From: Williamsia phyllosphaerae
GTDB taxonomy: Bacteria > Actinomycetota > Actinomycetes > Mycobacteriales > Mycobacteriaceae
NCBI RefSeq assembly: GCF_014635305.1
Contig: NZ_BMCS01000003.1
Span: 705,000 to 728,999, forward strand
Direction: 5' to 3'
DNA: 24,000 bases
In this document: positions 1 to 8,049 of the stretch, in pieces
How positions within the stretch are numbered: position 1 is the stretch's first letter
Layout of the letters: every line of letters begins with the position of its first letter
The notes under the pieces: generated by a model
What the model was told of the DNA's origin: nothing
Databases searched by the model: none
The model's input: the letters and a program-made list of their open reading frames with translations, nothing else
Program-made: the position numbers and the translations under genes

Positions 1-158
1 CGATAGTGCGTGACGGTGTGACGGCTGCGGATCGCTGCCGTCGGCTCGGCCGAGCCCTTCGGGCCGTGGATACGTCGTTGCGCGCGAGCGGGCGTCGACA
101 TCTGGAGTTTGCGGGTCAGCCGCATGACACCCGCGACCAGCCGCATCTGAAGGCTCAT
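1..158 (-). CDS. partial CDS (first ~52 codons, continues off the left edge); possibly alpha/beta-hydrolase (esterase/lipase-like)
   Basis: Hand translation of the minus strand from ATG (158-156) gives MSLQMRLVAGVMRLTRKLQMSTPARAQRRIHGPKGSAEPTAAIRSRHTVTHY..., open to the window edge. Third codon positions are mostly G/C. It starts 4 nt after the stop (163-165) of the upstream acyl-CoA dehydrogenase. The family call rests only on my recollection of similar N-termini in actinobacterial esterases. Confidence 0.3.
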   Translation of the reverse strand, partial: MSLQMRLVAGVMRLTRKLQMSTPARAQRRIHGPKGSAEPTAAIRSRHTVTHY

Positions 159-162
159 CTCC

Positions 163-1302
163 TCAGCCGGCCAGCGATCGACTGATCACGAGCCGTTGGA
201 TCTGATTGGTCCCCTCGAAGATCTGGGTGACCTTGGCGTCACGCATGTACCGCTCGACCCGGAAGTCCCTGGTGTACCCGTACCCACCGAGGACCTGAAC
301 GGCGTCGGTGGTCACATTCATCGCGGCGTCGGTCGCGATGAGTTTTGCGACCGACGCGTTGCGCGAGTAGGGCAGGCCCGCATCACGCCGCCGGGCGGCG
401 TCGAGGTACGTCGCCCGCGCGGAGTCGACGGCGGCGGCCATGTCGGCGAGCACGAACCCGAGACCCTGATGGTCGATGATCTTGCGGCCGAACGTCGAAC
501 GTTCCTTCGCGTACGCGACCGCGTCGTCGAGAGCGGCCTGCGCGATACCGACCGCGACCGCCGCGATCCCCAGGCGCCCCGAGTCGAGCGCCGAGAACGC
601 GATCTGCAGGCCCTGTCCCTCCGCGCCGATCAGTCGGTCGGCGTCGACGTGGGCGCCGTCGTAGTGCGCGGAGGTGGTGGGGATCGCGTGCAGGCCCATC
701 TTCTCCTCGGGCCTGCCGAAGGTCAGGTTCGGTGTGTCGGACGGGACGAGGAAGCAGGAGATCCCCTTCGAGCCCTCACCGGTGCGGGCGAAGAGGTTGT
801 AGAAGTCAGCGACCCCGCCGTGGGTGATCCACGCCTTGGCGCCGTCGATGACGTAGTGGTCCCCGGCCGCGACAGCTCGACACGTCAGCGCGGCGGCGTC
901 GGAGCCGGCCTGCGGTTCGGACAGGCTGTAGGCGCCGATGGTGCCGCCGCCGAGCATGTCGGGCAGCCATCGCGACTTCTGCTCGTCGCTGCCGAAGGCG
1001 CTCACCGGGTAGCAGGCCAGCCCGTGCACGCTCGCCGCGACCGCGACCGCGGCCCACGACGCGGCGAGTTCCTCGAGCACCTGGAGGTAGACCTCGTACG
1101 GCTGACCGCCGCCACCCCACTCCTCGGGATACGGCAGACTCAGCAATCCGGCCTCACCCAGCGTCGCGAACACACCGTCGGGGTACTGCTCCCGTTTCTC
1201 GTGGTCGTCGACGATGGGGTCGAGCGTCTTGGCCGCGATGTCCCTGGTCAACTGGATCAGCTCGCGTGCCTCGTCGGTGGGCAACAATCGGTCAACGGCC
1301 AC
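163..1302 (-). CDS. acyl-CoA dehydrogenase
   Basis: ORF 163..1431 (-) carries ACAD hallmarks (GAYSLSEPQAGSDAAAL; GGYGYTRDFRVERYMRDAKVTQIFEGTNQIQRLVISR). I trimmed the start to GTG at 1302 (VAVDRLLPTDEAREL...), which has GAGGAG 6 nt upstream. The first codons after ATG 1431 include several A/T-ending codons unusual for this genome. ATG 1431 (422 aa) remains an alternative. Confidence 0.85.
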   Translation of the reverse strand: MAVDRLLPTDEARELIQLTRDIAAKTLDPIVDDHEKREQYPDGVFATLGEAGLLSLPYPEEWGGGGQPYEVYLQVLEELAASWAAVAVAASVHGLACYPVSAFGSDEQKSRWLPDMLGGGTIGAYSLSEPQAGSDAAALTCRAVAAGDHYVIDGAKAWITHGGVADFYNLFARTGEGSKGISCFLVPSDTPNLTFGRPEEKMGLHAIPTTSAHYDGAHVDADRLIGAEGQGLQIAFSALDSGRLGIAAVAVGIAQAALDDAVAYAKERSTFGRKIIDHQGLGFVLADMAAAVDSARATYLDAARRRDAGLPYSRNASVAKLIATDAAMNVTTDAVQVLGGYGYTRDFRVERYMRDAKVTQIFEGTNQIQRLVISRSLAG

Positions 1303-1470
1303 AACCAGCTCCTCGGTGTTCGGCGACCGGCCTGTCGACCGACGCACGGTCGATGTAACCACGCAGTCCCACCGGTCCTCCTCGTCCGCCCCATTACGAT
1401 CGTCAATGGAGTCGTAGACACGTGCAGACATCGCGAATGCGGCCCGCCCGCCCGCGGAGAGGACTCACCG

Positions 1471-2676
1471 ATGAGCTCGCATGAACCGATGGAACCGCTG
1501 TCCCCCAGCTACCTGGCGTCCGACCTGTTCGGTTACCAGGCCGCGCTGACCGACGAGGAGAGCGAGATCATCCTCCGGGTGCGACGCTTCCTCGCCGAGG
1601 AGGTGGCGCCGCGGGCGAACGAGTTCTGGGAGAAGGGCGAGTCGCCTCGGCACCTGCTGCCGCGCCTGGCCGAGCTCGACATCGTCGGACTCGGTTACGA
1701 GTTCGACGGGCGCAAACCGCACCGCAAGGTGCTCACCGGATGGCTCGGTCTGGAGTTCGCGCGGGTCGACCCGTCCACCGGGACGATGTTCGGCGTGCAC
1801 AGCGGCCTCGCGATGAGCAGCATCTCGATCCTGGGATCGGCCGAGCAGCGCGACCGCTGGCTCCCCGCGATGCGCCGCATGGAACTCGTCGGCGCATTCG
1901 GGCTCTCCGAGCCCGACGGTGGTTCCGATGTTGCCGGCGGACTGTCGACCACCGCCCGTCGCGACGGCGACGACTGGATCCTGAACGGCAGCAAGCGATG
2001 GATCGGTAACGCCACCTTCGCCGACCTCGTGATCGTCTACGCGAAGGACGAGGAGGACGGCGAGGTCAAGGGTTTCGTCGTGGAGAAGGACTTCGACGGA
2101 TTCCGGGCGGAGAAGATCGAACACAAGTACTCGCTGCGCGCCGTCGAGAACGCCGACCTCTACTTCGAGGACTGCCGGGTGCCCGGCGCCAACAAGCTCG
2201 AGAACGCCAACTCCTTCGCCGACACCGGCAAGGTCCTCCGCCTCACCCGCGGTGGCGTCGCGTGGAGTGCCGTCGGCGTGATGATCGGCGCCTACGAGAA
2301 GGCGGTGGCGTATGCGCAGGAGCGTGAGCAGTTCGGCAAGCCCATCGCGTCGTTCCAGCTGATCTCCGACCTGATCGCCCGGATGGCCGGCAACGTCACC
2401 GCGTGTCTGGGCCTGGCGATGCAGGTGTCGCAACTCCAGGATCAGGGCATCTACCGCGACGAGCACGCCGCGCTGTGCAAGACCTACTGCACGACGCGGT
2501 TGCGCGAGGTGGTGGGCTGGGCTCGAGAGATCATGGGCGGCAACGGGATCCTTCTGGACTACGACGTCATCAGGTACTTCGTCGACGCGGAGGCGCTCTA
2601 CTCCTACGAGGGCACCTCGCAGATGAACAACCTCATCGTCGGTCGCGGCGTGACCGGATTCAGCGCGTTCGTCTAG
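1471..2676 (+). CDS. acyl-CoA dehydrogenase, glutaryl-CoA dehydrogenase-like
   Basis: This is the in-frame 3' part of track ORF 196..2676; the part upstream of 1471 is the antisense shadow of the neighbouring ACAD. ATG at 1471 gives 401 aa (MSSHEPMEPLSPSYLASDLFGYQAALTDEE...). Motifs are FGLSEPDGGSDVAG, RWIGNATFADL and YEGTSQMNNLIVGRGVTGFSAF. The overall layout resembles GcdH-type ACADs. Confidence 0.9.
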   Translation: MSSHEPMEPLSPSYLASDLFGYQAALTDEESEIILRVRRFLAEEVAPRANEFWEKGESPRHLLPRLAELDIVGLGYEFDGRKPHRKVLTGWLGLEFARVDPSTGTMFGVHSGLAMSSISILGSAEQRDRWLPAMRRMELVGAFGLSEPDGGSDVAGGLSTTARRDGDDWILNGSKRWIGNATFADLVIVYAKDEEDGEVKGFVVEKDFDGFRAEKIEHKYSLRAVENADLYFEDCRVPGANKLENANSFADTGKVLRLTRGGVAWSAVGVMIGAYEKAVAYAQEREQFGKPIASFQLISDLIARMAGNVTACLGLAMQVSQLQDQGIYRDEHAALCKTYCTTRLREVVGWAREIMGGNGILLDYDVIRYFVDAEALYSYEGTSQMNNLIVGRGVTGFSAFV

Positions 2677-2680
2677 AGCA

Positions 2681-2699
2681 CGCCCCTAGAGCAGGGGCG
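2681..2699. terminator. weak hairpin between convergent stop codons (CGCCCC-N7-GGGGCG)
   Basis: A 6-bp GC stem (2681-2686 / 2694-2699) with a 7-nt loop lies 5 nt after the TAG of the + strand ACAD. It overlaps the last codons of the minus-strand ThDP enzyme. There is no U-tract. Confidence 0.25.
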
Positions 2700-4242
2700 G
2701 GATCATCGCCTCGATGAGGTGCGGTCCCTCCTCTGCGAACGCGCGGGTCAGTTCGGTGGCAAGAGCTTCGGCGGTGGTCACCCGGACCGCGGGGACCCCG
2801 AATCCCTGCGAGATGGCGACGAAGTCCATGTCGGGACGGGACAGGTCGAGCAGCGAGTTGGCCTTCTCGCCACCGCTCTGCGCGCCGACGCGCTGCAATT
2901 CCATCCGCAGGATGGCGTAGGCGCTGTTGTTGAGCAGGACGGTCGTGACGTTCAGGTTCTCGCGAGCCATCGTCCACAGCGCCGAGATCGTGTACAGCGC
3001 ACTGCCGTCGGACTGCAGCGCGAGCACCGGTCGGTCGGGGGCCGCGATCGCGGCGCCGACCGCGACGGGCAGTCCCTGGCCGATGGCACCCCCGGTCAGC
3101 GTGAGCACCCGATGCCGGGGTGCGCCGGCGGTCGCGGCGGGCAGCATGAGACCCGACGTGTTCGCCTCATCGGAGATGATGGTGTTCTCCGGCAGGACGG
3201 CACCGACGACCTGGACCCAGTTCGCCAACGTCAGGTCACCGGTCGGCACATCGACCTCGACCCGGTCCTGCACCGTCGCGGTGTGCTCGGCGGCCACCTT
3301 CCCGGCCAGCGCGGTCACCGCACCGAGGACGTCGTCGCGGATGTCGACCAGGGTGTGCACCTGCGCGCCCTCGGGCACGAGGTCGCTCGCCTTGTCGGGG
3401 TAGGCGAAGAACGACACCGGCGAGCGTGTGCCGATGAGGACGAGGTGCTCGGTCCCCTCGAGTTGCGCCTGGGCCGCCTCGGCGAGGTAACCGAGCCGAT
3501 CGAAGCCAGGGACGCCGGCACCCCGGTCGAGGGCGGCGGGGAACGTCTCGACGAGAACGGTTGCGCCGGTGGCGTTCGCGATGCGACTGACCGCAAGGAG
3601 GCCGTCGACCCGTGTCGCGTCGGCGCCGATCAGGATCACCGTCTTCGCCCCCGACGTCAGGACATCGGCGACCTCGGCGATCACCTGACCGTCGGGCACG
3701 ACACGCGGCACCGGTGGCACCGCGGTCCCGACTGTTCCTCCCGAGGTCCAGGAGATGTCGGCGGGAAGGATGACGGTGGCGATCTGACCGGCCCCGTCCG
3801 TCGACGCGGCCACCGCGTCGACGACGTCCTGCCCCACCGTCTCGGTCGAGGTCGCGGTGCGCGTCCACCCCTGCAGCCACGACCCGAGGGTGGCGATGTC
3901 GGATTCCAGCGGTGCGTCGTAGCGGTGGTGGTGGGTGGCGTGGTCGCCGACGATGTTGACCACGGGAGTGTGGGCGCGGCGCGCGTTGTGCAGGTTGGCC
4001 AGGCCGTTGGCCATTCCCGGACCGAGGTGCAGCAGCGTCGCGGCCGGGCGATCGGCGACCCGGGCGTAGCCGTCGGCGGCGCCGGTGACGACCCCCTCGA
4101 ACAGACAGAGGACGGCGCGCATCTGTGGGACGGCGTCGAGCGCGGCGACGAAGTGCATCTCCGAGGTCCCGGGGTTGCCGAAACACACCTGCACCCCGGA
4201 TTCGACGAGCGAGTTGATCACCGCGTTGGCGCCGTTGGTCAT
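2686..4242 (-). CDS. thiamine-diphosphate-dependent enzyme (benzoylformate decarboxylase / IlvX acetolactate-synthase-like)
   Basis: 518 aa. The N-terminal pyrimidine-binding domain is present (VCFGNPGTSEMHF...GAADGYAR). The C-terminal ThDP-Mg motif is SDGSALYTISALWTMARENLNVTTVLLNN (xDG-X24-NN). Its ATG overlaps the stop of the upstream gene (ATGA at 4239-4242). Confidence 0.9.
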   Translation of the reverse strand: MTNGANAVINSLVESGVQVCFGNPGTSEMHFVAALDAVPQMRAVLCLFEGVVTGAADGYARVADRPAATLLHLGPGMANGLANLHNARRAHTPVVNIVGDHATHHHRYDAPLESDIATLGSWLQGWTRTATSTETVGQDVVDAVAASTDGAGQIATVILPADISWTSGGTVGTAVPPVPRVVPDGQVIAEVADVLTSGAKTVILIGADATRVDGLLAVSRIANATGATVLVETFPAALDRGAGVPGFDRLGYLAEAAQAQLEGTEHLVLIGTRSPVSFFAYPDKASDLVPEGAQVHTLVDIRDDVLGAVTALAGKVAAEHTATVQDRVEVDVPTGDLTLANWVQVVGAVLPENTIISDEANTSGLMLPAATAGAPRHRVLTLTGGAIGQGLPVAVGAAIAAPDRPVLALQSDGSALYTISALWTMARENLNVTTVLLNNSAYAILRMELQRVGAQSGGEKANSLLDLSRPDMDFVAISQGFGVPAVRVTTAEALATELTRAFAEEGPHLIEAMIPPLL

Positions 4243-5645
4243 CCTGGTTCCCCTTCACCGAACAGAACGCCGGGGTTGAGTATCCCGGCCGGGTCGAATC
4301 CTCGTTTGATCTCGCGCATCACCGCGATCACCGCGGGGTCGGTCAGTTCGGCGAAGTGCGCCGACTTGGACCGTCCCACACCGTGCTCGCCGGAGATGGC
4401 GCCACCCATACCCATCCCGAGGGCGAAGATGTCGCGGAGCAGTCCGCGGCGGGCCTCGGCGTCGGGACAGAAGATCGCGAGGTGGACGTTGCCGTCGCCG
4501 GCATGCCCACAACCGATGGCCGCTCCGCCGGCGGCCGTGGCGAGTTCACGTGAGCGCGAGAGGAACGCGGGCATGGCCGTGCGTGGCACCACCATGTCGA
4601 TGATGTCGTCGGCGCCGGCGGCCTTGGCGGTCCAGAACGCCTTCTCGCGCGCACTGATCAGCGCGCGGGCCGAGCCGCCGTCGAGTACGAACGACTCGAG
4701 TGCACCGCGCTGCGCCACCAGTGATCCGAGCAGTTCGATGTCCCCGTCGAGGCGGTCGCGGTCGCGGTTCTCCAGCGATACGACCAGATAGGCTTGCGCG
4801 GTGTCGCGGAGCGCGTCGGGGATACCGAGTGACAGGTTCTGCGAGTAGGTGATCGAGGCCATCGTCATCGCGTCGATGTACTCGACGATGACCGGCGCGC
4901 AGCCGGTGGCGATGACGGCCGGGACGATGCCCACGACCTCGTCCACGGTGGCGAACGGCGCCAGCAGGGTGGCCGAATACGCCAGTCGCGGATGCAGTTT
5001 GACCGTGACCTCGGTGGCCAGCGCGAGAGTGCCCTCCGAGCCGATGATGAGCTGCGTCAGGTCGTACCCGGTCGACACCTTCGCGATGGCGCCACCGGTC
5101 CGGATCAGGGCGCCGGTGGCGAGTGCGGCCTGCAGACCCAGCACGTTGTGGCGCGTCACGCCGTACTTCACCGCCCGCATGCCGCCGGCGTTCGTCCCGA
5201 CCGTCCCGCCGATGCTCGCGCTGAGCTCTCCCGGGTACACCGAGTACATGAGGCCGACCCGGCCGGCGGCCTCGTCCAACTCGGCGAGTCCGACGCCGGG
5301 TTGTAGGACGGCGACCTGGTCGTCGACGTCGATCTCGATGATCTCGGCCATGTTCTCGAAGGAGATGACCATGCCGTCGGCGAGCGGGCGCGCGGCGCCC
5401 GACAGTCCGGTGCCCGAGCCACGTGCGGTGACCGGGATCGCGTGCTCACTCGCGTAGCGGAGCAGCGTCGCCACCTGCTCGGGTGTCGACGGCCGGACGA
5501 CGAACATCGGCGTGACCGGGGCGACGTGCAGGGCCTCGTCGTGGCCGTAGTCGTCTCCGACGTCGTCAGAGTGGAACACGTCGCGCGCCCCGACGATCTC
5601 GGCGAGGTCCGCCGAGACCGCCTGGACGCGCGTGCTGATGGTCAT
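4239..5645 (-). CDS. FAD-linked oxidase / D-2-hydroxyacid dehydrogenase (GlcD-like)
   Basis: 468 aa. It has an FAD_binding_4-type N-terminal region (VVRPSTPEQVATLLRYASEHAIPVTARGSGTGLSGAA) and an FAD-oxidase C-terminal region (GGAISGEHGVGRSK). Its ATG lies 2 nt after the stop of the upstream VOC gene. Confidence 0.9.
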   Translation of the reverse strand: MTISTRVQAVSADLAEIVGARDVFHSDDVGDDYGHDEALHVAPVTPMFVVRPSTPEQVATLLRYASEHAIPVTARGSGTGLSGAARPLADGMVISFENMAEIIEIDVDDQVAVLQPGVGLAELDEAAGRVGLMYSVYPGELSASIGGTVGTNAGGMRAVKYGVTRHNVLGLQAALATGALIRTGGAIAKVSTGYDLTQLIIGSEGTLALATEVTVKLHPRLAYSATLLAPFATVDEVVGIVPAVIATGCAPVIVEYIDAMTMASITYSQNLSLGIPDALRDTAQAYLVVSLENRDRDRLDGDIELLGSLVAQRGALESFVLDGGSARALISAREKAFWTAKAAGADDIIDMVVPRTAMPAFLSRSRELATAAGGAAIGCGHAGDGNVHLAIFCPDAEARRGLLRDIFALGMGMGGAISGEHGVGRSKSAHFAELTDPAVIAVMREIKRGFDPAGILNPGVLFGEGEPG

Positions 5646-5647
5646 GC

Positions 5648-6079
5648 TCAGCTGTTGGGGCTGGTGATCTCCAGGGCGATGTTGTCGGGATCGCGGAACT
5701 CGAGGATCGCGATGCCCGCGTCGCCGAGATCCTTGACGCCCTCATGGGCGATGCCGAGCTCGTCCAGGGTCGCGGCCGCATCGTGCAGATCCGACAGGCC
5801 GGCGACGGAGAAGCTCAGGTGGTCGAGCCCGGACCGGTCCTCGGTGAACGAATCGTCACCCGGTGCGACCGGGCGCAGCCCGAGCAGTCCGCCACCGAAC
5901 TGGTAGATGACCCCGCCGAACAGGAACGACAGAGCCTCCTTGGTCGCCTCGTCGGCGTCGGCCGGCGGCGCCTCGAAGGCGACATCGAATCCGAACACGT
6001 CGTCGTAGAACTTACGGGACGTGGCGATGTCCCGGACGGTCAACCGAACGTGGTGGTAGTCGGTCGCTTTGATCGTCAC
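5648..6079 (-). CDS. VOC-family protein (glyoxalase/bleomycin-resistance/dioxygenase fold)
   Basis: 143 aa. The GTG start at 6079 has GAGGAG 8 nt upstream. The sequence shows two VOC half-modules (HHVRLTVRDIATSRKFYDDVFGF... and LDHLSFSVAGLSDLHDAAATLDELGI...GIAILEFRDPDN). It is the first gene of a three-gene coupled operon. Confidence 0.8.
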   Translation of the reverse strand: MTIKATDYHHVRLTVRDIATSRKFYDDVFGFDVAFEAPPADADEATKEALSFLFGGVIYQFGGGLLGLRPVAPGDDSFTEDRSGLDHLSFSVAGLSDLHDAAATLDELGIAHEGVKDLGDAGIAILEFRDPDNIALEITSPNS

Positions 6080-6208
6080 TTAGATGACTCCTCTTCCGCG
6101 ACCGGGTGGTCGCATAAACGTGTGTGCATCTGCCCCGACCGACCCTACGCGGGGTGCGGGTGCGAGAAGTGACGCTCGGGTGAACGCCGGTGCAGGCACA
6201 CTGGTGTC

Positions 6209-7258
6209 ATGAGGTCTCTTGTCGCCACCACTGCGGTGGCTCTGTCGGTCGTGTTGGTGGCGGGTTGTTCCACGGATTCGGATTCGGGTGATGCCCCCGC
6301 GTCGTCATCGTCGTCCACCCCGGTCGCGGCCGAACCCGCGGTCGCCCCGGCGCCGACGGTGACGCCGGCGGGCCGGGTGATCGAGGTGGGCAACGAACCC
6401 GAGGGCGTGGTCATCGGCACGTCCGGTATCGCGGCGGTGGGAGTACGACGGCCCGACGCGATCACGTTGGTCAACGTGCGCTCCGGCGAGGTCGTACGCA
6501 GCATCCCGACCGACGGCGCCCCGCGGCACCTCGAACTCGCGGGCCCCGACGGCCCGGTGATCCTCCCGCTGGAGACCACGAACACGATCACCGAGTTGTC
6601 GTTCGACGGAACCTTCGGACCGATCGCCACCGGCATCGGCGACCTGCCCCACGACGCGGTCCGGACATCGGACGGCACGATCGTCGGCACCAATGAGCAC
6701 GGCGGCGGCGCGCTGTTCATCCGGGACGGCAAACTCGTCAAATCACTACCCGCCGGCCCGCCGCAGCCCGGTGGGGTCGCGGCCGTCGGGAAGTACGCCG
6801 CGATGGCCGACGTCCAGGGCAACGGGGTGTTCGTCTACGACGCCACCACGATGACCGAGGTCGCGAGCAAGCGCATCGGGACCCGGCTGACCCACGCCCA
6901 CGCCCTCGGCGACGGGTTGGTGGCGTTCGCCGACACCGACGGAGGCGCGGTGCTCGTCGAACGGATCACCCCGCAGGTCGTCGACGTGGCCCGCATCGAG
7001 GCACCCGGCAAGCCCTACGGGCTCAGCTACGACGCGCGCACCAAGACGCTGCTGGTCACTTTGGGGTCGTCCAACAAGCTCCGACTGGTGGACATGACCG
7101 ATCCCGCCAAGCCGCGTATCAAGGGTGACGTTCCCACGGTGCAGCAGGCGAATTCGGTGGCGATGGACCCGGTGACGGGCATCGTCGCGGTCACCGGTAG
7201 CGCTCCCGGCGAGGCGAGTTCCCTCCAGATCATCCCGGCGGACCAGTTGCCCAGCTGA
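6209..7258 (+). CDS. lipoprotein, YVTN/YncE-like beta-propeller repeat protein
   Basis: 349 aa. The N-terminal signal peptide has a lipobox (VVLVAGC|STDSDSG) followed by a Ser/Pro/Ala linker. After that come about seven loosely repeated ~40-aa units (e.g. GNEPEGVVIGTSGIAAV, TDGAPRHLELAGPDGPV, IGDLPHDAVRTSDGTIV, GKPYGLSYDARTKTLLV, ANSVAMDPVTGIVAV), typical of propeller blades. Confidence 0.7.
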   Translation: MRSLVATTAVALSVVLVAGCSTDSDSGDAPASSSSSTPVAAEPAVAPAPTVTPAGRVIEVGNEPEGVVIGTSGIAAVGVRRPDAITLVNVRSGEVVRSIPTDGAPRHLELAGPDGPVILPLETTNTITELSFDGTFGPIATGIGDLPHDAVRTSDGTIVGTNEHGGGALFIRDGKLVKSLPAGPPQPGGVAAVGKYAAMADVQGNGVFVYDATTMTEVASKRIGTRLTHAHALGDGLVAFADTDGGAVLVERITPQVVDVARIEAPGKPYGLSYDARTKTLLVTLGSSNKLRLVDMTDPAKPRIKGDVPTVQQANSVAMDPVTGIVAVTGSAPGEASSLQIIPADQLPS

Positions 7259-7276
7259 GCGGTCCGCCGACGCAGC

Positions 7277-7314
7277 GACGAATGCCCCCGACCAGAAGGT
7301 CGGGGGCATTCGTC
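7277..7314. terminator. bidirectional intrinsic-terminator-like hairpin (17-bp perfect stem, 4-nt loop)
   Basis: GACGAATGCCCCCGACC-AGAA-GGTCGGGGGCATTCGTC. Every position 7277-7293 pairs with 7314-7298. It is centred exactly between the convergent stops of the lipoprotein (7258) and the porin (7333), 19 nt from each. There is no clear U-tract, which is common in actinobacteria. Confidence 0.65.
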
Positions 7315-7332
7315 TCGTGAGAGGAGTTCAGA

Positions 7333-8007
7333 TCAGCCGATCGAGAACGGCTTGCCGTAGAACGTGACCTGCTTGTCGACGTTCGACGTGCGCACACGCA
7401 CGATCGCGACCGAGCGGGCCTGGGCGTAACCGGCGCAGCCGGTCAGCTGGAGCTGCGAACCCGTGTAGCTGAGCTTGAGCTTGGAGCCCTCGTAGTCGAC
7501 GTTGTTCGTGTACTGCTGGCTGCCGAAGTCATCGGCCTTCTCCACCGAGTTGATGAAGTACTGGGTGGCCTGGCCGGGCCCGAGGGTGAGCGACTGGTTG
7601 GCGCCGCCGCCGGTGTTGGTGCTCGTCCCGGCGAGGTTCTCGGTGGTGGTGCCGGTGCCACCGGAGGTGGTGGACGAGATGTTGACCTGGCAGCCGACGA
7701 TGTATCCGGCCTGGATTCGCAGCTTGGCCTTCTTGCTGGAGGTCACCTGGTAGCGCGCGGACACCTGTGCGGCGCGGTGCAGCGGCGTCCCGCCGAGCGA
7801 CGGCGCGATGGTCGCGGTCTCGCCCGTGCGGGTGATCGACACCTTGGTGCCGTCCTGCAGGGTGGTGCTCTGCGCCTGGTTGGGCAGCTTGACGAAGACG
7901 TCGGCGTTGGCCGATCCCTGCGCCAGGAGTGCTGCGGCGGCGACCAGCGCGGCGCTGGTCCCGGCAAGCCCCGCGGCACGGCGGGTTGCTTTGTACGAGT
8001 TGTTCAT
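7333..8007 (-). CDS. MspA-family porin (paralog 1)
   Basis: 224 aa. The Sec signal peptide ends AQGSANA|DVFVKLPN. The body is Thr/Ser/Gly-rich and beta-strand-like. It matches the M. smegmatis MspA layout as I remember it (R..W/Q.S.R/AKY; LGYQIGF ~ AGYIVGCQV; C-terminal TTYGEPWNMN ~ TFYGKPFSIG). AAGGGA lies 4 nt upstream of the ATG. Confidence 0.7.
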   Translation of the reverse strand: MNNSYKATRRAAGLAGTSAALVAAAALLAQGSANADVFVKLPNQAQSTTLQDGTKVSITRTGETATIAPSLGGTPLHRAAQVSARYQVTSSKKAKLRIQAGYIVGCQVNISSTTSGGTGTTTENLAGTSTNTGGGANQSLTLGPGQATQYFINSVEKADDFGSQQYTNNVDYEGSKLKLSYTGSQLQLTGCAGYAQARSVAIVRVRTSNVDKQVTFYGKPFSIG

Positions 8008-8049
8008 CGAATCCCTTGTCTGGTGATGTGGTTCGTGGGTGTGAGGGGA

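Noticed and set aside
490-504. GAACGT-CGA-ACGTTC palindrome resembling a LexA/SOS box
   Set aside because: It lies inside the acyl-CoA dehydrogenase coding sequence. The spacing does not fit GAAC-N4-GTTC, and no DNA-damage gene is nearby.
196-1470. 5' two-thirds of the 826-aa + strand track ORF (196..2676)
   Set aside because: It is antisense to a well-supported acyl-CoA dehydrogenase. The translation is Arg/Gly/Val/Asp-rich and low in complexity with no family motifs. Only the part from ATG 1471 looks like a real protein.
2719-4791. 690-aa + strand ORF
   Set aside because: It is an antisense shadow across the ThDP enzyme and FAD oxidase genes. It is Arg/Gly/Asp-rich with no recognisable domains. 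High-GC genomes routinely keep such frames open.
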